Below, piece after piece: positions 45,670 through 58,838 of a stretch of 64,000 bases of DNA. The position numbers were made by a program, and so were the translations under genes. The stretch covers positions 5,920,001 to 5,984,000 of the forward strand of contig CM000152.2 in the NCBI GenBank assembly GCA_000004695.1, given 5' to 3'. Numbering within the stretch: position 1 is the first letter of the stretch; the number at the start of each line of letters is the position of its first letter. The DNA is from Dictyostelium discoideum. Its lineage: Eukaryota. Below the pieces are notes generated by a model. The model saw nothing but the letters and a program-made list of their open reading frames with translations. It searched no databases and was not told where the DNA came from.

Positions 45670-46743
45670 ATTTATTTATTTTTTTATTTTTCTTTTTTTT
45701 TTTTACGTAAAATTTTCATTGCTTTTTTTTTTTTTTTTCACAAAAACATATTTTTTTAATATTACACAAATTCTCCAAACATGATAGGCCAACACTAGGT
45801 TAGCTAATTAGAGTCAAAAATTTTTTTTTTTTTTTGGGGGCACATGTGTTGTTGATCACTATGATACTTGTAATTTGTTGGCCATCAGTGGAGGAGTGAT
45901 AAAATTTTAAAAAAACAAAGTGCGAAGCCCTTTTTTTAAACAGATTTATAATTCTGAAAAAAAAAAAAAAATGGAAAAATTGAAAAAAATTAAAAAAGAA
46001 AAAAATAATGAATACTTGTTTACTATTTAATTAAATAAAAAATAAAATAAAATAAATAAAAATAAATAAACTCTTATAATATTATTATAACATTTAAAAT
46101 AAAACATAAAAACCGCTTCTTACTGACATAAAGCCCATAAAAGGCAAAACAAAATTAAAAAAAAAAAAAAGAAAAGAAATAAAAAAGAAAAAAAAAAAAA
46201 AAAAAAGAAAAAGACAAAGAAAAATAAAAAGAAAAAATTAAAAAAATAATCCACTGTTCTTTTTAATTAGTTAATTATTTAAATAAAGAACATCAAATAA
46301 AACTTTTTTATTTTTTATTTTTTTTTATTAATTTTTTTATTGCAAAAAAATTGTTGGGTTTGGTGGTTCCCAAAAATTTTTTTTTTTTATTTTTTAAAAT
46401 TATTTTTTTTAAATTTTTTCTCTCCATAGCCTAAAGATTACGCCAAACCCCAGTGTTTTCATTTTTTTTTTTTTTTTTTTTTTTTTTTTATTTTTATTTT
46501 TTTTTTATTTTTATTATTTTTATTATTTTTATTTTTTTTTTTTTTTTTTTATTTTTATTTTTATTTTAATCATTTTTTTTATATTTATTTATTTAAATAT
46601 ATTTTATTTTATATTATTATTTTTTTTTTTTATAATTTCTATTAAAATTATTTATTAATAAAAATTATATAATTAATTACAATTAGTTTTTATTTTTTTA
46701 TTTGAAAAAAATAAAAAAATAAAAAAAAGAGTAATTAATAAAG

Positions 46744-48161
46744 ATGATGATGAAATTATTATTTTTAATCGCATTATTTGGGTGCGTAGTAAATTCAATT
46801 AGAATTAATAATGATAATGGTTTATCATTTCAAAGTAATTGTTTAGGTGGTTCAATTCAAATTGCTGAATCAATTCCATTAGCTCTTAATTTACAAAGTA
46901 ATCTCTCAACTCATGATGGTATGTAAAAATTAAAAAAAAAAAAAAAAAATAAAAAAAAATTAAAAAAAAATAAAAAAAAAATGAAAAACGAAAGTTGGAA
47001 ATGAAAATATATGTTGTACTAAAAATAAAAATAAAAAAAAAAAAAATAAATAAATAATAAAAAAAAGCATGGATGGAATTAATTACAAATGCAAAGAAAT
47101 CAATTGATATGGGTATTTTTTATATGACATTAACAGATGGCGGTCAATTAGATCCAGTTTATGGTGGACAGTTAGGTTTGGATATTTATAAAGCATTAGT
47201 TGATGCCAATTCAAGAGGTGTTAGTATTAGAATTGTACAAAATCAACCATCATCATCTATGCCAGATACCGATACTCAAAATTTAGCTAAATTAGGTGTA
47301 CAAGTCAGATCAATCAATTGGCCATCATTAGTAGGTGCAGGTATTTTACACACCAAGGTTATCGTAGTGGATCAGGTTAGTGCCTATTTGGGTAGTGCAA
47401 ATTTAGATTGGCGTTCACTTGCACAAGTTAAAGAATTGGGTGTGCTATTCCAAAACTGTCCATCAATGGTATCAGATACCGAGATTGCCTTCCAACAATA
47501 TTGGGATGCCGCAGTCGTGACAGAGTTGCCAAGCGACTGGGGAGTCCAATACCAAGCAGCCTACAACCAAACAAATATGGCTAGCTTACTATTGAACGGT
47601 AATGAAAAGTTTGAGATGTTTTTGGCCGTGTCACCCCCACAATTCGTTTCAACAGATCGTACAGGCGACATTGACGCATTGGTCAGCGCTATGAATGGTG
47701 CCACCAAAACTATTTGCATCTCTGTTATGGACTACATCCCTGCATCCTTATACAATTCACCAAACACTTTTTGGCCAGTGATGGATAACGCACTCCGTGC
47801 TGCTGCCTACAATCGTGGTGTTCAAGTTCGTATGTTAATCAGTCATTGGAATCACACAAACTATGCTATTCCTCAATGGCTACATTCACTAGATCAGGTG
47901 AACAATATCGATGTTCGTTGGTTTGTCGTCCCAGATTTCCCTAATGAACCACAAGTTCCATTCACTAGAGTTAATCATGCTAAATATATGGTTACTGATG
48001 AACAATCATATGTTGGTACTTCAAATTGGTCTGAAGATTATTATACAAATACTGGTGGTCTCTCTTATAATATTTACAATGATGAGTTCACTTCTCAACT
48101 TCAATCAATTTTTGATCGTGATTGGAATTCACCATATTCATTCCCAGTTACAACTTATTAA
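46744..48161 (+). CDS. phospholipase D3/D4-like (HKD superfamily) secreted/lumenal protein, 2 exons: 46744..46918 and 47068..48161 (423 aa)
   Basis: Signal peptide MMMKLLFLIALFGCVVNS. Two HKD motifs: ILHTKVIVVD...GSANLDWRS and VNHAKYMVTDEQSYVGTSNWSEDYY. The junction gat g|gtatgt...aaaaaag|ca gives ...STHDAWMELITNAKKSIDMGIFYMTL, matching the PLD3 AW..L......SIDI.SFYWTL block. Confidence 0.85.
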
Positions 48162-49797
48162 AAAAAATAATAATAATAATAATTAAGATATAGAAAAAAA
48201 AAAAAAAAAATTATCTTTTTTTTTTTTTTGTTTTTATTTCTTTTAAATATTTTTTTTTAAAAAATTATCTTTTTGTTTTTTTATTTTTTTTTTATCTAAT
48301 ATTATTTTTTAAGTATTTGAATTACATATATATAATTCATATATATAATTTTATAAAAAAAAAAAATATTAATAAATAAGTAAATAAACATTTTTATAAA
48401 TCAATTTAATATATGCATTGTTTTAAAATTTTAGACATGTTTTTCTTTTTTTTTTTTTTTTTTTTTCTTTATAATATTTATTATTTTTTTTTTTTTTTTT
48501 TAAATATTTATTTTATTTTATTTTATTTTTTTTTTCAAATTATTTTATTTTATTCTCAAACAAATAATTAAAATATATAAATAAAAGAGATGAATAAATT
48601 TAAAATAATAATTGATTTTATTAAAATTTTATTTAAAAAAGATCATTTAATTTCAATTTTTTTTATATTATTATTTATTTTAAAATTTGGTATTTTAAAT
48701 TTAATAATTTCACTGTGTTCATTTATAATTGAACTATTTTTAATCATTATAAATATTATTTTATTTTCAATAAATTCAGTATTACTATTTTTATATTATG
48801 TATTTTACTTTAATACAAATATAATATTCATAGTAATATTTGGTATACCTTTATTAATTAAATATATAATTCCAATAACAATTTCAATTTATTATTTTTA
48901 TTTTGGTTAATAATAATTCTGGAAAAAAAAAAAAAAATAAAATAAAATAAAAATAAAAAAAAATAAAATTCGATCCTAAATTAAAAAGAAAAAAGAAAGA
49001 AAAAAAAAAGAAAAAAGAAAAAAAAAAAAAAAAAAGTAATTAAAATGTAGGTTTTTAAAAATTTTAATTAAATTAAATTAAATAAAATAAAATAGAAAAA
49101 AAAAAAAAATAAATAAAAAAAAAAAAAAAGGACAAATAATATCAAGAATAATTGTGTATACTCTGGAACTAATACATGTAAAAAAAAATAATTTTTTTTA
49201 ATTTTTTAATTTTTTTTTTTTTTTTTTATTTTTTTTTTATTTTTTTTTTTTTTATTTTTTTTCAAATTTCATTTTGTTTTTTTTTTTTTTTTTTTTTACA
49301 ACAATAAATTTTTTTTTTATATTTAACTCTATATATCATATTTTTTATTTATTAGTTTTATTTCCTTCAATTTACGTTAATAAATAAGTTTTTTTATTAT
49401 TTTTTTATTATTTTTTTCATTTTTTTGGACTCCAATGTTAATACAGACACCAATTTTAGAAAAAAAAAATTAAAATTAAAAAAAAAAAAAATAAAAAAAT
49501 AAATTTCAAAGTTTTTAAAAAATCAAGTCGTCAACTAAACCACAAAATAGAAAAAAAAAAAATAGAAAAAAAAAAAAAATCCTCACAATAGTAGCAGTAG
49601 TAATAACACATTCACACAAATCAATCATACATACATACACACATACACACATACACACATACACGCACACCCTAAATAAATAAACCAAACTTTAATAACA
49701 ACAATAATAATAGTATAATACATAAAACTCAGATTCAAATTAAACATTTAATAATAACAAAAACCAATAAATAAATTATAATAATTAATAGATACCA

Positions 49798-49852
<55 letters not shown>

Positions 49853-49853
49853 A
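49798..49853. repeat. (AAAT)14 microsatellite in the 5' leader of the WDR45B-like gene
   Basis: Seen directly. An (ACACAT)n tract precedes it at 49620-49660. Confidence 0.9.
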
Positions 49854-49860
49854 TTAAAGA

Positions 49861-50188
49861 ATGAATTTAGCAAATTGTAAAGATAAACACCCAAATTTAT
49901 TATTCGCCAATTTTAATCAAGATTATAGCTGCTTTGCATGTGGTACAGAGAAAGGATTTCTTATATTTTCATGTGACCCATTTAAAGAAAGATTTGGTAG
50001 AGTATTCGATGGTGGTGTTGGTATTGTTGAGATGTTATTCAGATGTAATATTTTAGCAATTGTAGGTGGTGGTAAAAAACCAAGATACACACCAAATCAA
50101 GTTATGATATGGGATGATTATCAAAATAAATGTATTGCAAAATTAGAATTTAAATCAGAAGTTAAAGCAGTTAAATTAAGAAGAGACA

Positions 50189-50222
<34 letters not shown>

Positions 50223-50836
50223 AATATTCATTTTAAATTTATAATAGTAATAATACTAATATTTTCAATTATTATTATTATTTAGAATTGTAGTTGTACT
50301 TGAAAATAAAGTTTATCTTTATAATTTTTCAGATTTACAATTAGTTCATCAATTAGAGACAACAAATAATCCAAAAGGTATTTGTGCAATTTGTCCAGGT
50401 ACAGTAAATGTTTTAGCATGTCCTGGTTTGAAACCAGGTTATGTTCATGTTGAATTATATGACTTAAAACAAACACAAATCATTCCAGCACACGAAGGTG
50501 CACTCTCTCAAATTGCACTCAATAAAGATGGTACCCTTTTGGCAACTGCCTCTGAAAAAGGTACTTTAATTCGTATTTTTGATACAGCTACAGGTGAAAA
50601 AGTTAAAGAGTTGAGACGTGGTACCAATAGAGCAGAGATTTATAGTATTGCATTCAATAACGATTCAACTGCATTATGCGTTTCAAGTGATAAAAATACT
50701 GGTCATATTTTCGATTTATCAATGGCTAAACCATCACCAAAAGAAGAAGATACACAACAAAAAAATAGACAATCAACGTAAGTTATTTATTGGTTTTATA
50801 ATCATTATATGATTACCAGGATTAAAATTTTAATTA

Positions 50837-50870
<34 letters not shown>

Positions 50871-51133
50871 CTTCCTTCTCTCTCTCTCTCTATTATTATA
50901 GATTTTCATTTATGGGTGATATATTACCAACAAATTATTTTAAATCTGAATGGAGTGCTGTACAATTTCAAATCCCAGAATCAAGATCAATTTGTGCATT
51001 TGGTTCTACACCAAATTCAATCAATGTAATTTGTGCCTCTGGTATCTGTTATAAATATACCTATGATTTTTCAAAAGGTGAATGTAAAAGAGAAGAAAAT
51101 CCTCATCAATTCATTGAAAATGAAGAATCTTAA
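49861..51133 (+). CDS. WD repeat phosphoinositide-interacting protein (PROPPIN), WDR45B/WIPI3 orthologue, 3 exons: 49861..50189, 50286..50777, 50902..51133 (351 aa)
   Basis: Collinear with human WDR45B from memory. The block MNL...FNQD..CFACG..GF.......DP.KE......[30 protein letters not shown] is shared. [11 protein letters not shown]|IVVVL spans intron 1. The LRRG (FRRG-type) motif [17 protein letters not shown] is present. [26 protein letters not shown]...ICAFG spans intron 2. Confidence 0.9.
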
Positions 51134-51251
51134 TAAAATATAACATTTATATATTTTTTTTTATACTTTTTTTTTAATCTATACACAACTATCAAATAAT
51201 ACTTTCAATACTCTTTTTTAAAATAAATAATAATGATAATAATAACATAAT

Positions 51252-51289
<38 letters not shown>

Positions 51290-51903
51290 GAATAATAATA
51301 ATAATAATATTTATACAATACAATATAGCTAATATAATTTTTTTATATATTTATCAAAAAATGTATTTATAAATTTTAAAATCTCTAAACAAAAAAAAAT
51401 AAAATAAAAAATAAAAAATATTAAATAAAAAAAAAAAAAAACAAACCTCCACCTAAACTATATTGATAATGCAAATAAAAAAACCTTTTTAAAGTTTTTG
51501 TAAATTTGGATACTCTACAAACTAACTATTTTCTCATAAAGTTTTAATCAGCGATTGTTTTATATTGATTATCCATATTTTTTTTTTTTTTTTTTTTCTC
51601 ATTCAGAAATTAATTTCTGAAAACCCAATAAACAAAATATCTTCAAAAAAAAAATTTAAAATTTTAATTTATTTATTTATTTTTTATTTTATTTTTTGAT
51701 TGAAGAAGTAGTAGTATGTTACAAAAAGATTTTTATTGATCATTTTTTTTTTTTTTTTTTTTTTTTTTTTCATTTTTTTTTTTTTTTTTTTTATATACTA
51801 ATTATTTTTATACATTTGTGTGGAGATATTTATATTATTATTATTGTTATTATTATTATTATTATAATTAATTATTATTATTTTTATTACATTTTTATTA
51901 TTA

Positions 51904-52009
<106 letters not shown>

Positions 52010-52074
52010 CTATTAATTTTTTAAAAAATATATTTTTTTTAGTTTTTTTTTTCTTTGTTACTATTTATTAATGG

Positions 52075-52108
<34 letters not shown>

Positions 52109-52120
52109 CAAACTAAGGTT

Positions 52121-52331
52121 TTAGTTTTGGGTTTCAAGCTGTCTATTTTTGAAGAATTCTTCGATCATACCAACTGTAACTGATCTGTCTCTATCTGGGA
52201 CAGAAATTGTTTGAGATTCTATAGATTTTTTAAATATTGGGAAAAGAGAGGAGGAAAAGAAAAAAAAAAAAAGTACAGAAAAAAAAAAATCAGTATAAAT
52301 ATATTTATAAATACCCAAATAAAATAAAATA

Positions 52332-52363
<32 letters not shown>

Positions 52364-52733
52364 AAAATTTACCTTTATATTTTTTATAATCATCAGATTT
52401 CAAGAATAAAGGAATTGCATCAGTTTCCATATGTTTTTTAATATCATTTTGGATTCTAGCAAAAGTATCACTTGTGGGGGAATTTTTATTAATCTTTTCT
52501 TCTAAATCCTTTCTATCTTGAAAATTAAGATTCAATTCATATTTACTATCGGCAAGGAAATATTTGGCAAAGATTTCTTTGGATCTTACTTCCATTTCAC
52601 TCTTATCCAAATATTTATAGTTTTCAACTTCTAACCAGAATGAAAAGTTTTCATTATTAAATCTATTGTATAAAAATTGTCTGAAAACTAATGCCAAATT
52701 TCTGTCTTTTATAATTGTTTCTAATTGAGTCAT
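52121..52733 (-). CDS. small RGS-domain protein, 2 exons: 52733..52373 and 52218..52121 (152 aa)
   Basis: RGS-fold signature FRQFLYNRFNNENFSFWLEVENYKYL...IQNDIKKHMETDAIPLFLKSDDYKKYK. The donor aaa g|gtaaat at 52372 and a palindromic ctatag| acceptor give ...KYKESQTISVPDRDRSVTVGMIEEFFKNRQLETQN. Confidence 0.7.
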
Positions 52734-52996
52734 TGTGTGTGTTATGTACTTGAGAATTTAGGATTGATGGAAATTAAAAATAAATATATTTTTTTTTTTT
52801 TTTTTTTTTTTTTTAATAATTTAAATTGTTTAAAAAAAAAAAATAATTTAAATTTATTTAAAAATTAAATAATTTTTATTTTTTTTTATTATTTTTTTTA
52901 AAAAAAAGATTATGTTTAATTGTATTTTACCAATATAATGATAATAGTATTATAAAAAAAAAATAATAAAAAAGAAATAAATTTTTTTTTTCTATT

Positions 52997-53028
<32 letters not shown>

Positions 53029-53882
53029 TTTAATTAAATAAAAATAAAAATAAAAATAAAAATATTATAATTGGGAGTGCGTTAAAAATAAATGAGAGTA
53101 AGTGGGTGTTGAGTGTTTTATTTTATGTGTGAGTGAGAGTGTGTGTGTGTGTGAGTGAGGTGAGTGAGTTTATTTTTAAAAAAAGATATAAAAAACACTT
53201 GTGGGGCGGTTATGTATCTTTTTTTTTTTTTTTTGTTTGGTTTTATTTTTTTTTTTTTTTTTAGAAATTTTTATATTTAATTTTAATTTTTTTTTATTTT
53301 TTTTTTATTTTTTTATATTTTTTTTTTTTTTTAAATTTTTTTTATATTTTTTTTGATAAATCAAAAATAAGAGATTAGTGTGTGATTTTTAATGTGATTT
53401 TATGTGGGAGTTGATAATAATAATAAAAAAAATAAAAATAACTATTTAATTTTTTTTTTTTTTTTTTCTGGTTATGTATACAATATTGATGATAATAAAT
53501 TAATAAAAAAAAAAAAAAAAAAAATTCTAGTTTTATATTTTTTTTTAAAAATAAAAATTAATAAAAAAAAAAAAAAATTAATAAAAAAAAAAAGAAAAAA
53601 GAATAAAATTAATAAAAAAAAATAAAAAAAACAGGTTATTTTTAGATTCATTTTTTTTTTTTTTGTAAAATGGAAAAACTGAGTCGCCATTAATGGACAT
53701 TTTTTAATGATAAATATATATTAAAAGAAAAGGTTGTGTGAGGCAAACAAACGTTTTTTTTTTTTTTTTTTCATTTAAAATTTTAATTAAAAAAAAAAAA
53801 ATTATCATTGTAATTGGTAAATCTCAATTTAACCTCAATATAATTTATAAAGACTCTTTTTAGATTTGTAGCCCCATCAGCC

Positions 53883-53917
<35 letters not shown>

Positions 53918-55166
53918 TGATAAACAAGTCCGATATCTCAATATTTTTAAAATGAAAAAATTATTAATATTTAACTTATAAGGAAACTTCAACGTGGTTC
54001 CAATAATTTAAATTCCCATTTAAGGATATTAATTGGTGTCTCTTAATTATTTTATAGTTTTTTTTATTTTTTTTTTTATTCATTCTAAATTCTATTTCAA
54101 CGACTTTAAAAATTTACTATTTTCATACATATTATTAAAAAAAAAAAAAAAAAAAAAACACTTTTTATTATACTGAAAAGTCAGCTAATTATTTAATCAA
54201 GATAATTTTTTTAATAATCATGTGACCAGTTTTTTATTTTTATTTTTATTTTTTTTTATAAAAAAAATACTCTTTTACTTGGTTTATATAAAAATGGAAA
54301 TTTTTAGTTTTCTTATTATTTTATTATTATTTTTATTATTTTGATTTTTTTTTTTTTAATTTATTATTAATATAAATCAATGAGTGTGAAAAAGTGATCA
54401 AACCCACCCTTTTTTTTTTTTATTTTTATTTTTTTTAATTAGTTTTTTTTTTTTTTTTATTTATAAAATAACCTCAAAGTTAAGATTATTTTACAAATTT
54501 ACATTTTATTTAAATTTAGAAATTTTCATCAAACATGTTGTCTCTTAAAATTATCTTTATTATTTTTTGACCAATAGTAAAATTAATTTTAATTAGGGTT
54601 ATATTATTTGAAAAAAAATTGAGAAGTTTATTATTTTTTATTATTTTTTATTTTTTTATAAAACATTCAAAGAATTTGATTTGGAATTATATTAAATTAA
54701 AATAATAATAAAAAAAACAATTTTTACATTTCAATAAATTTAATAACACAATTTTTTAAAAAAAAAAAAAAAAAAATTGAAAAAAAATCTAAAAAATATC
54801 AAAAAATAATCTTTATTTTGTGATTTGTAAAAAAATATCAAACTTTTTTTTTAAAAAAAAAATATATTTTAAAACATAAAATATTTATCAAATTTTTTTT
54901 TTTTTTTTAATTTTATATGACATTTCAAAACTTATTTTGTAATGTTTTTATATTATTTTTATTTTACATTTTTTTTTTTTTTTTTTGATTAATCCAATTA
55001 GATTTTTTTTTTTTTTTTAAGCGAATTTTTGATTTGTTTTGTTTATATATAATACATTTTTTTTTGTGGATTAGTTTTTAATTTGTTTCCAAATAATTTT
55101 TTTTTTTTTTTTTTATGTTTTCTTTCTTCTCTGGTCAAATAAATAAATAAATATTAAATAAATAAA

Positions 55167-55485
55167 TTATAAAAGTTTACAGTCACTCACACCTTCACCA
55201 GAAACATGAGCAGAGAGTAAATTATCATTTTTAAAACTACTACCAATTGATGTATTGTCGTTTTTCATTTGTTTGGATCTCTTAATAACCGACTTTTGGT
55301 TAACAGTATTATTATTACTAAAACTATTATTTGAACCAAAATTTGAAATTGAATCTATTTTTTTTTTTTTTTTTTTTTGGAAAAAATTGGATTTAAAAAA
55401 AATTAAAAAATGAAATATTAGAATTTGTAAAATAAATAATTTAAAAATTAAAATTAATAAAATAAAACTTACTAATGATTGTCAT
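55167..55485 (-). CDS. possible tiny 2-exon gene (13-nt first exon ATGACAATCATTA|gtaagt; exon 2 55354..55167) encoding a ~66-aa Ser/Asn-rich protein ending in a CaaX box (CKLL)
   Basis: ATG followed after 13 nt by a consensus GTAAGT donor. Poly-pyrimidine T21 tract + tag acceptor. The 62-codon open second exon terminates ...GEGVSDCKLL*. It is absent from the ORF track because exon 2 alone is under 60 aa. Confidence 0.3.
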
Positions 55486-55948
55486 TTTTTTTTTTTTTTT
55501 TTTTTAAATAAATAAATAATTTTTTTTTTTTATAGTAATACAATTTTTTAAATTGAAAGTTAGTAAATAAATGAATATTTTTTTTTTTGGTTTAAATATT
55601 ACTTTTTTTTTTATTTATTTTTTTTTATTTTTTTATTTTTTTATTTTTTTTTAAATTTTAATTATTTGATATTTGTTTATTTTTTTATAGAAATAAAATC
55701 TGAAATAAAAAAAAAAAAAAAAAAAAAAAAAATTATTATAATGATTTATTAGTATTAGTAGTGGTGGTGGTAGTAGTAGTAGTGGTGGGGGGTCGTGCTA
55801 AATAGTAAGGGTGGGAGGTGTGTGATGTTGTAGACATTGTGTGTCAATTCAAATTCTATCCTATGATATAGTTTAAATCTCAAATAAAGAAATCTATTAC
55901 AAAAATATTATTTTTTTTTTTTTTTTTATTTATTTAAAATTTAAATAC

Positions 55949-55982
<34 letters not shown>

Positions 55983-56760
55983 TTTTTTAATTTTCAAAAT
56001 TATCTATTTAATTATTTTATAGTATATAAATAACCATTAATATCACCAAATATTAAAACATACACACTCAAAATAATAATATTTTTAAAATATTACCCAC
56101 CCCCTTCACCCCCTCCCACACCTAAACTATTAACTTTATTGTATTAATTAAGAACTGAAAAAATCCTATGATCATCTCAGGATTTGTGATATGTATAATA
56201 TAATTTATTTGTTTAATTTTTTAATTTTAATTATTTATCATTATTAGTTTTTTTTATTTTTTTTTTTTAATATTATAAAATTTCTGGTATATGAGGTTTT
56301 ACATGATGTGGTTCATAAATGGTAAAAAAAAAGGTTAAAGATATTCCTAAATAATAAAAAAAATATTTAAACCTCTCAAAGTATCACCTTTATTTAATCA
56401 TTGCATATATTTGTATTTTGGTTTTTTTTTATAATTTTTATTTTTATTTTTTTTATTATTTTTTATTTTTTTAATATTAAAAGATGGTTGTCACAAAACT
56501 TTTTATTAAAAGGAAGGTTTTTTGATAATGATTTATTTATGTTTCTATTATTTATTTTTTTAATTTTATTTTCGCCATTTATATCTTTTATGTGTGTGGG
56601 TTGATTTATATGTGGTTTTTTTTATCTGAAAAACTATCAATAATACAAAAAAAACAAGATATTATTTTACCAAATTAGAGGGTTTAGATAGTATTATTGA
56701 TAATAGGTTTTTTATTTTTATTTAAAATCTATTTTTTTTTTTTTTTTTTTTTTTTGGTAC

Positions 56761-56800
<40 letters not shown>

Positions 56801-57107
56801 TATTTTTATTTTTTTGATACTATTTTTTTTTTTTTTTTTATTACATTTTCAAATTAAAAATAAATTTTAAAATTGTTAAAATAAAAAAAAAAAAACTTAA
56901 ATACCAGCAATTAAAAGGAATCTTTGTTTTTTTTTTAAAATAAAGAGAGAGTGTAAATTAATCTTTTTTTTTTTTTTCATTTTTGAAATTCAAAATTGCT
57001 ATATTTGCATTTTTTTTTTTAAAAATAATTCTTCGATTATCGTCATGAATTTATGACCAATAAAAGAAACATATGCCTTAAGGGTCATTTTCTTTTATGG
57101 AGATTGA

Positions 57108-57139
<32 letters not shown>

Positions 57140-57220
57140 TTAATTAAATATTAATTTTTTGAGGAGGATACCCCTTTTTTTTATATTTATACATAAACAT
57201 TTTTTTTTATTTTTTTTTTA

Positions 57221-57251
<31 letters not shown>

Positions 57252-57291
57252 TTTTTTTTCTGTTTTCTACACAATAATTGGATGTTTTAAC

Positions 57292-57322
<31 letters not shown>

Positions 57323-57757
57323 GTCACTTTTTCATTTTCCTTCTCATCAATAAACCTCAAAACTATATCTCACGCGTACATAAAACCTTCCTCACTTTAT
57401 TATAAAAAAAAAAAACGTTATATCTTTTTCCCCTCTTACAAGTATACACTTACAAAACCATATACACCACTAAATTCCACATGCATTCACACACATGCAC
57501 ATGCACAAGTAAGCCAAAAACAAAACAAAACAAACAACAAACCCAAAATAAATTACTTTATATCATTATACAAGTAAAATACAATTAAAATACAATTAAA
57601 ATCAATTAAAATACAAAAAATAAAAAATAAAAAATAAAAAAGATTAAATAGATTTGTATAATTTAAAAATAAAAATAAAAAATAAAAATAAAAATAAAAA
57701 TAAAAATTAAAATAAAAATAAAAATAAAAATTTAAAATATAAAAAATAAAATTTAAA

Positions 57758-58198
57758 ATGAATAAGATAAGAAGTAATTCAATTGAATCTTCAACATCAT
57801 TATCAATATCAAATTTTATAAAATATTATTGGATTAATATAATTATATTTGTATCGATTTTATTGATATTGGGATTAAATTTAATTTCAGTGATAATGGA
57901 GACAAGGGATCATTTTGATATTACTCGATTAATAACTTTATTTGATAAAGAACAATGGCTACTAGCTTCAACAGTTTCACCATTAATTAAAACTATCAAT
58001 AATAGACAGCGAGTTTCACTATTAACAAATACTTTTATATTAGTAATCGATTTCGTTTTATTTGCTTTCTTATGTGCTTTAATTTTAAAAAGAAATTTAT
58101 TCACAAACAAATCATCAAATAATAATAATAATAATAATATTAAAAATGATCACGAGAGGGATCGTTTAATTCAACCTAAACAAACTAATAAATATTAA
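57758..58198 (+). CDS. small membrane protein (146 aa, two predicted TM segments), unknown function
   Basis: ATG-initiated ORF with hydrophobic segments WINIIIFVSILLILGLNLISVIM and FILVIDFVLFAFLCALIL. Downstream (58200-58301 and 58389-58628) there is further exon-like open sequence in another frame, separated by a canonical 87-nt intron (see findings). Confidence 0.55.
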   Translation: MNKIRSNSIESSTSLSISNFIKYYWINIIIFVSILLILGLNLISVIMETRDHFDITRLITLFDKEQWLLASTVSPLIKTINNRQRVSLLTNTFILVIDFVLFAFLCALILKRNLFTNKSSNNNNNNNIKNDHERDRLIQPKQTNKY

Positions 58199-58838
58199 TA
58201 TTGGTAATAATAGTAATTTTAATAATAATAATAGTAGTATTTTTTCATTAAGCCATCATAATAATAATAATAGTAATAACAATAATATTGGTTTTGAAAG
58301 AGTATGTATGGTTATATTTTAATTCTTTTATTAAAGCTATATTAATATTTTTTTGTTTTTTTTTTAAATTAAAATTAATTTTCTAAAGGGATCAATATTT
58401 TGTGAAAGTTCATTATATGAACCATGGAATGAGATAACAATTGAAAAGATTGCTGGTTCTTCTGATGATATAAAACCAATAGATAAAATAAGAAATACTT
58501 ATTATAGGTATGGTATAACTGCTGCAAAATTAATATATGATAGAGTTTTATTTTTCTTAAGTCCTGATGAAAAAAGGGAAGTTTTTATATTATTTGGGAT
58601 GATCGATCCTCAAGAGAAATTAATTTAAAAATATTTAATCTATACTTACATTCGAATGTAAATAATAAAAAATAAAAAATATATAAATATAAAAATATAA
58701 AAATAATATATAGTGTATAGTACACACTATATGTATATAAATAAAAGTAAATATAAATAAAAAAACATAATTATAAATAATATAGGATTTGGAAATGAAT
58801 GTTTATTTTTTTTTTTGTTTTTATTTAATTAATTAAAA

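Noticed and set aside
48590-48910. 106-aa hydrophobic plus-strand ORF
   Set aside because: It is made almost entirely of I/L/F/Y/N codons (ATT, TTA, TTT, TAT, AAT) in 90% AT DNA. There is no signal that distinguishes it from noise, and no splice partners.
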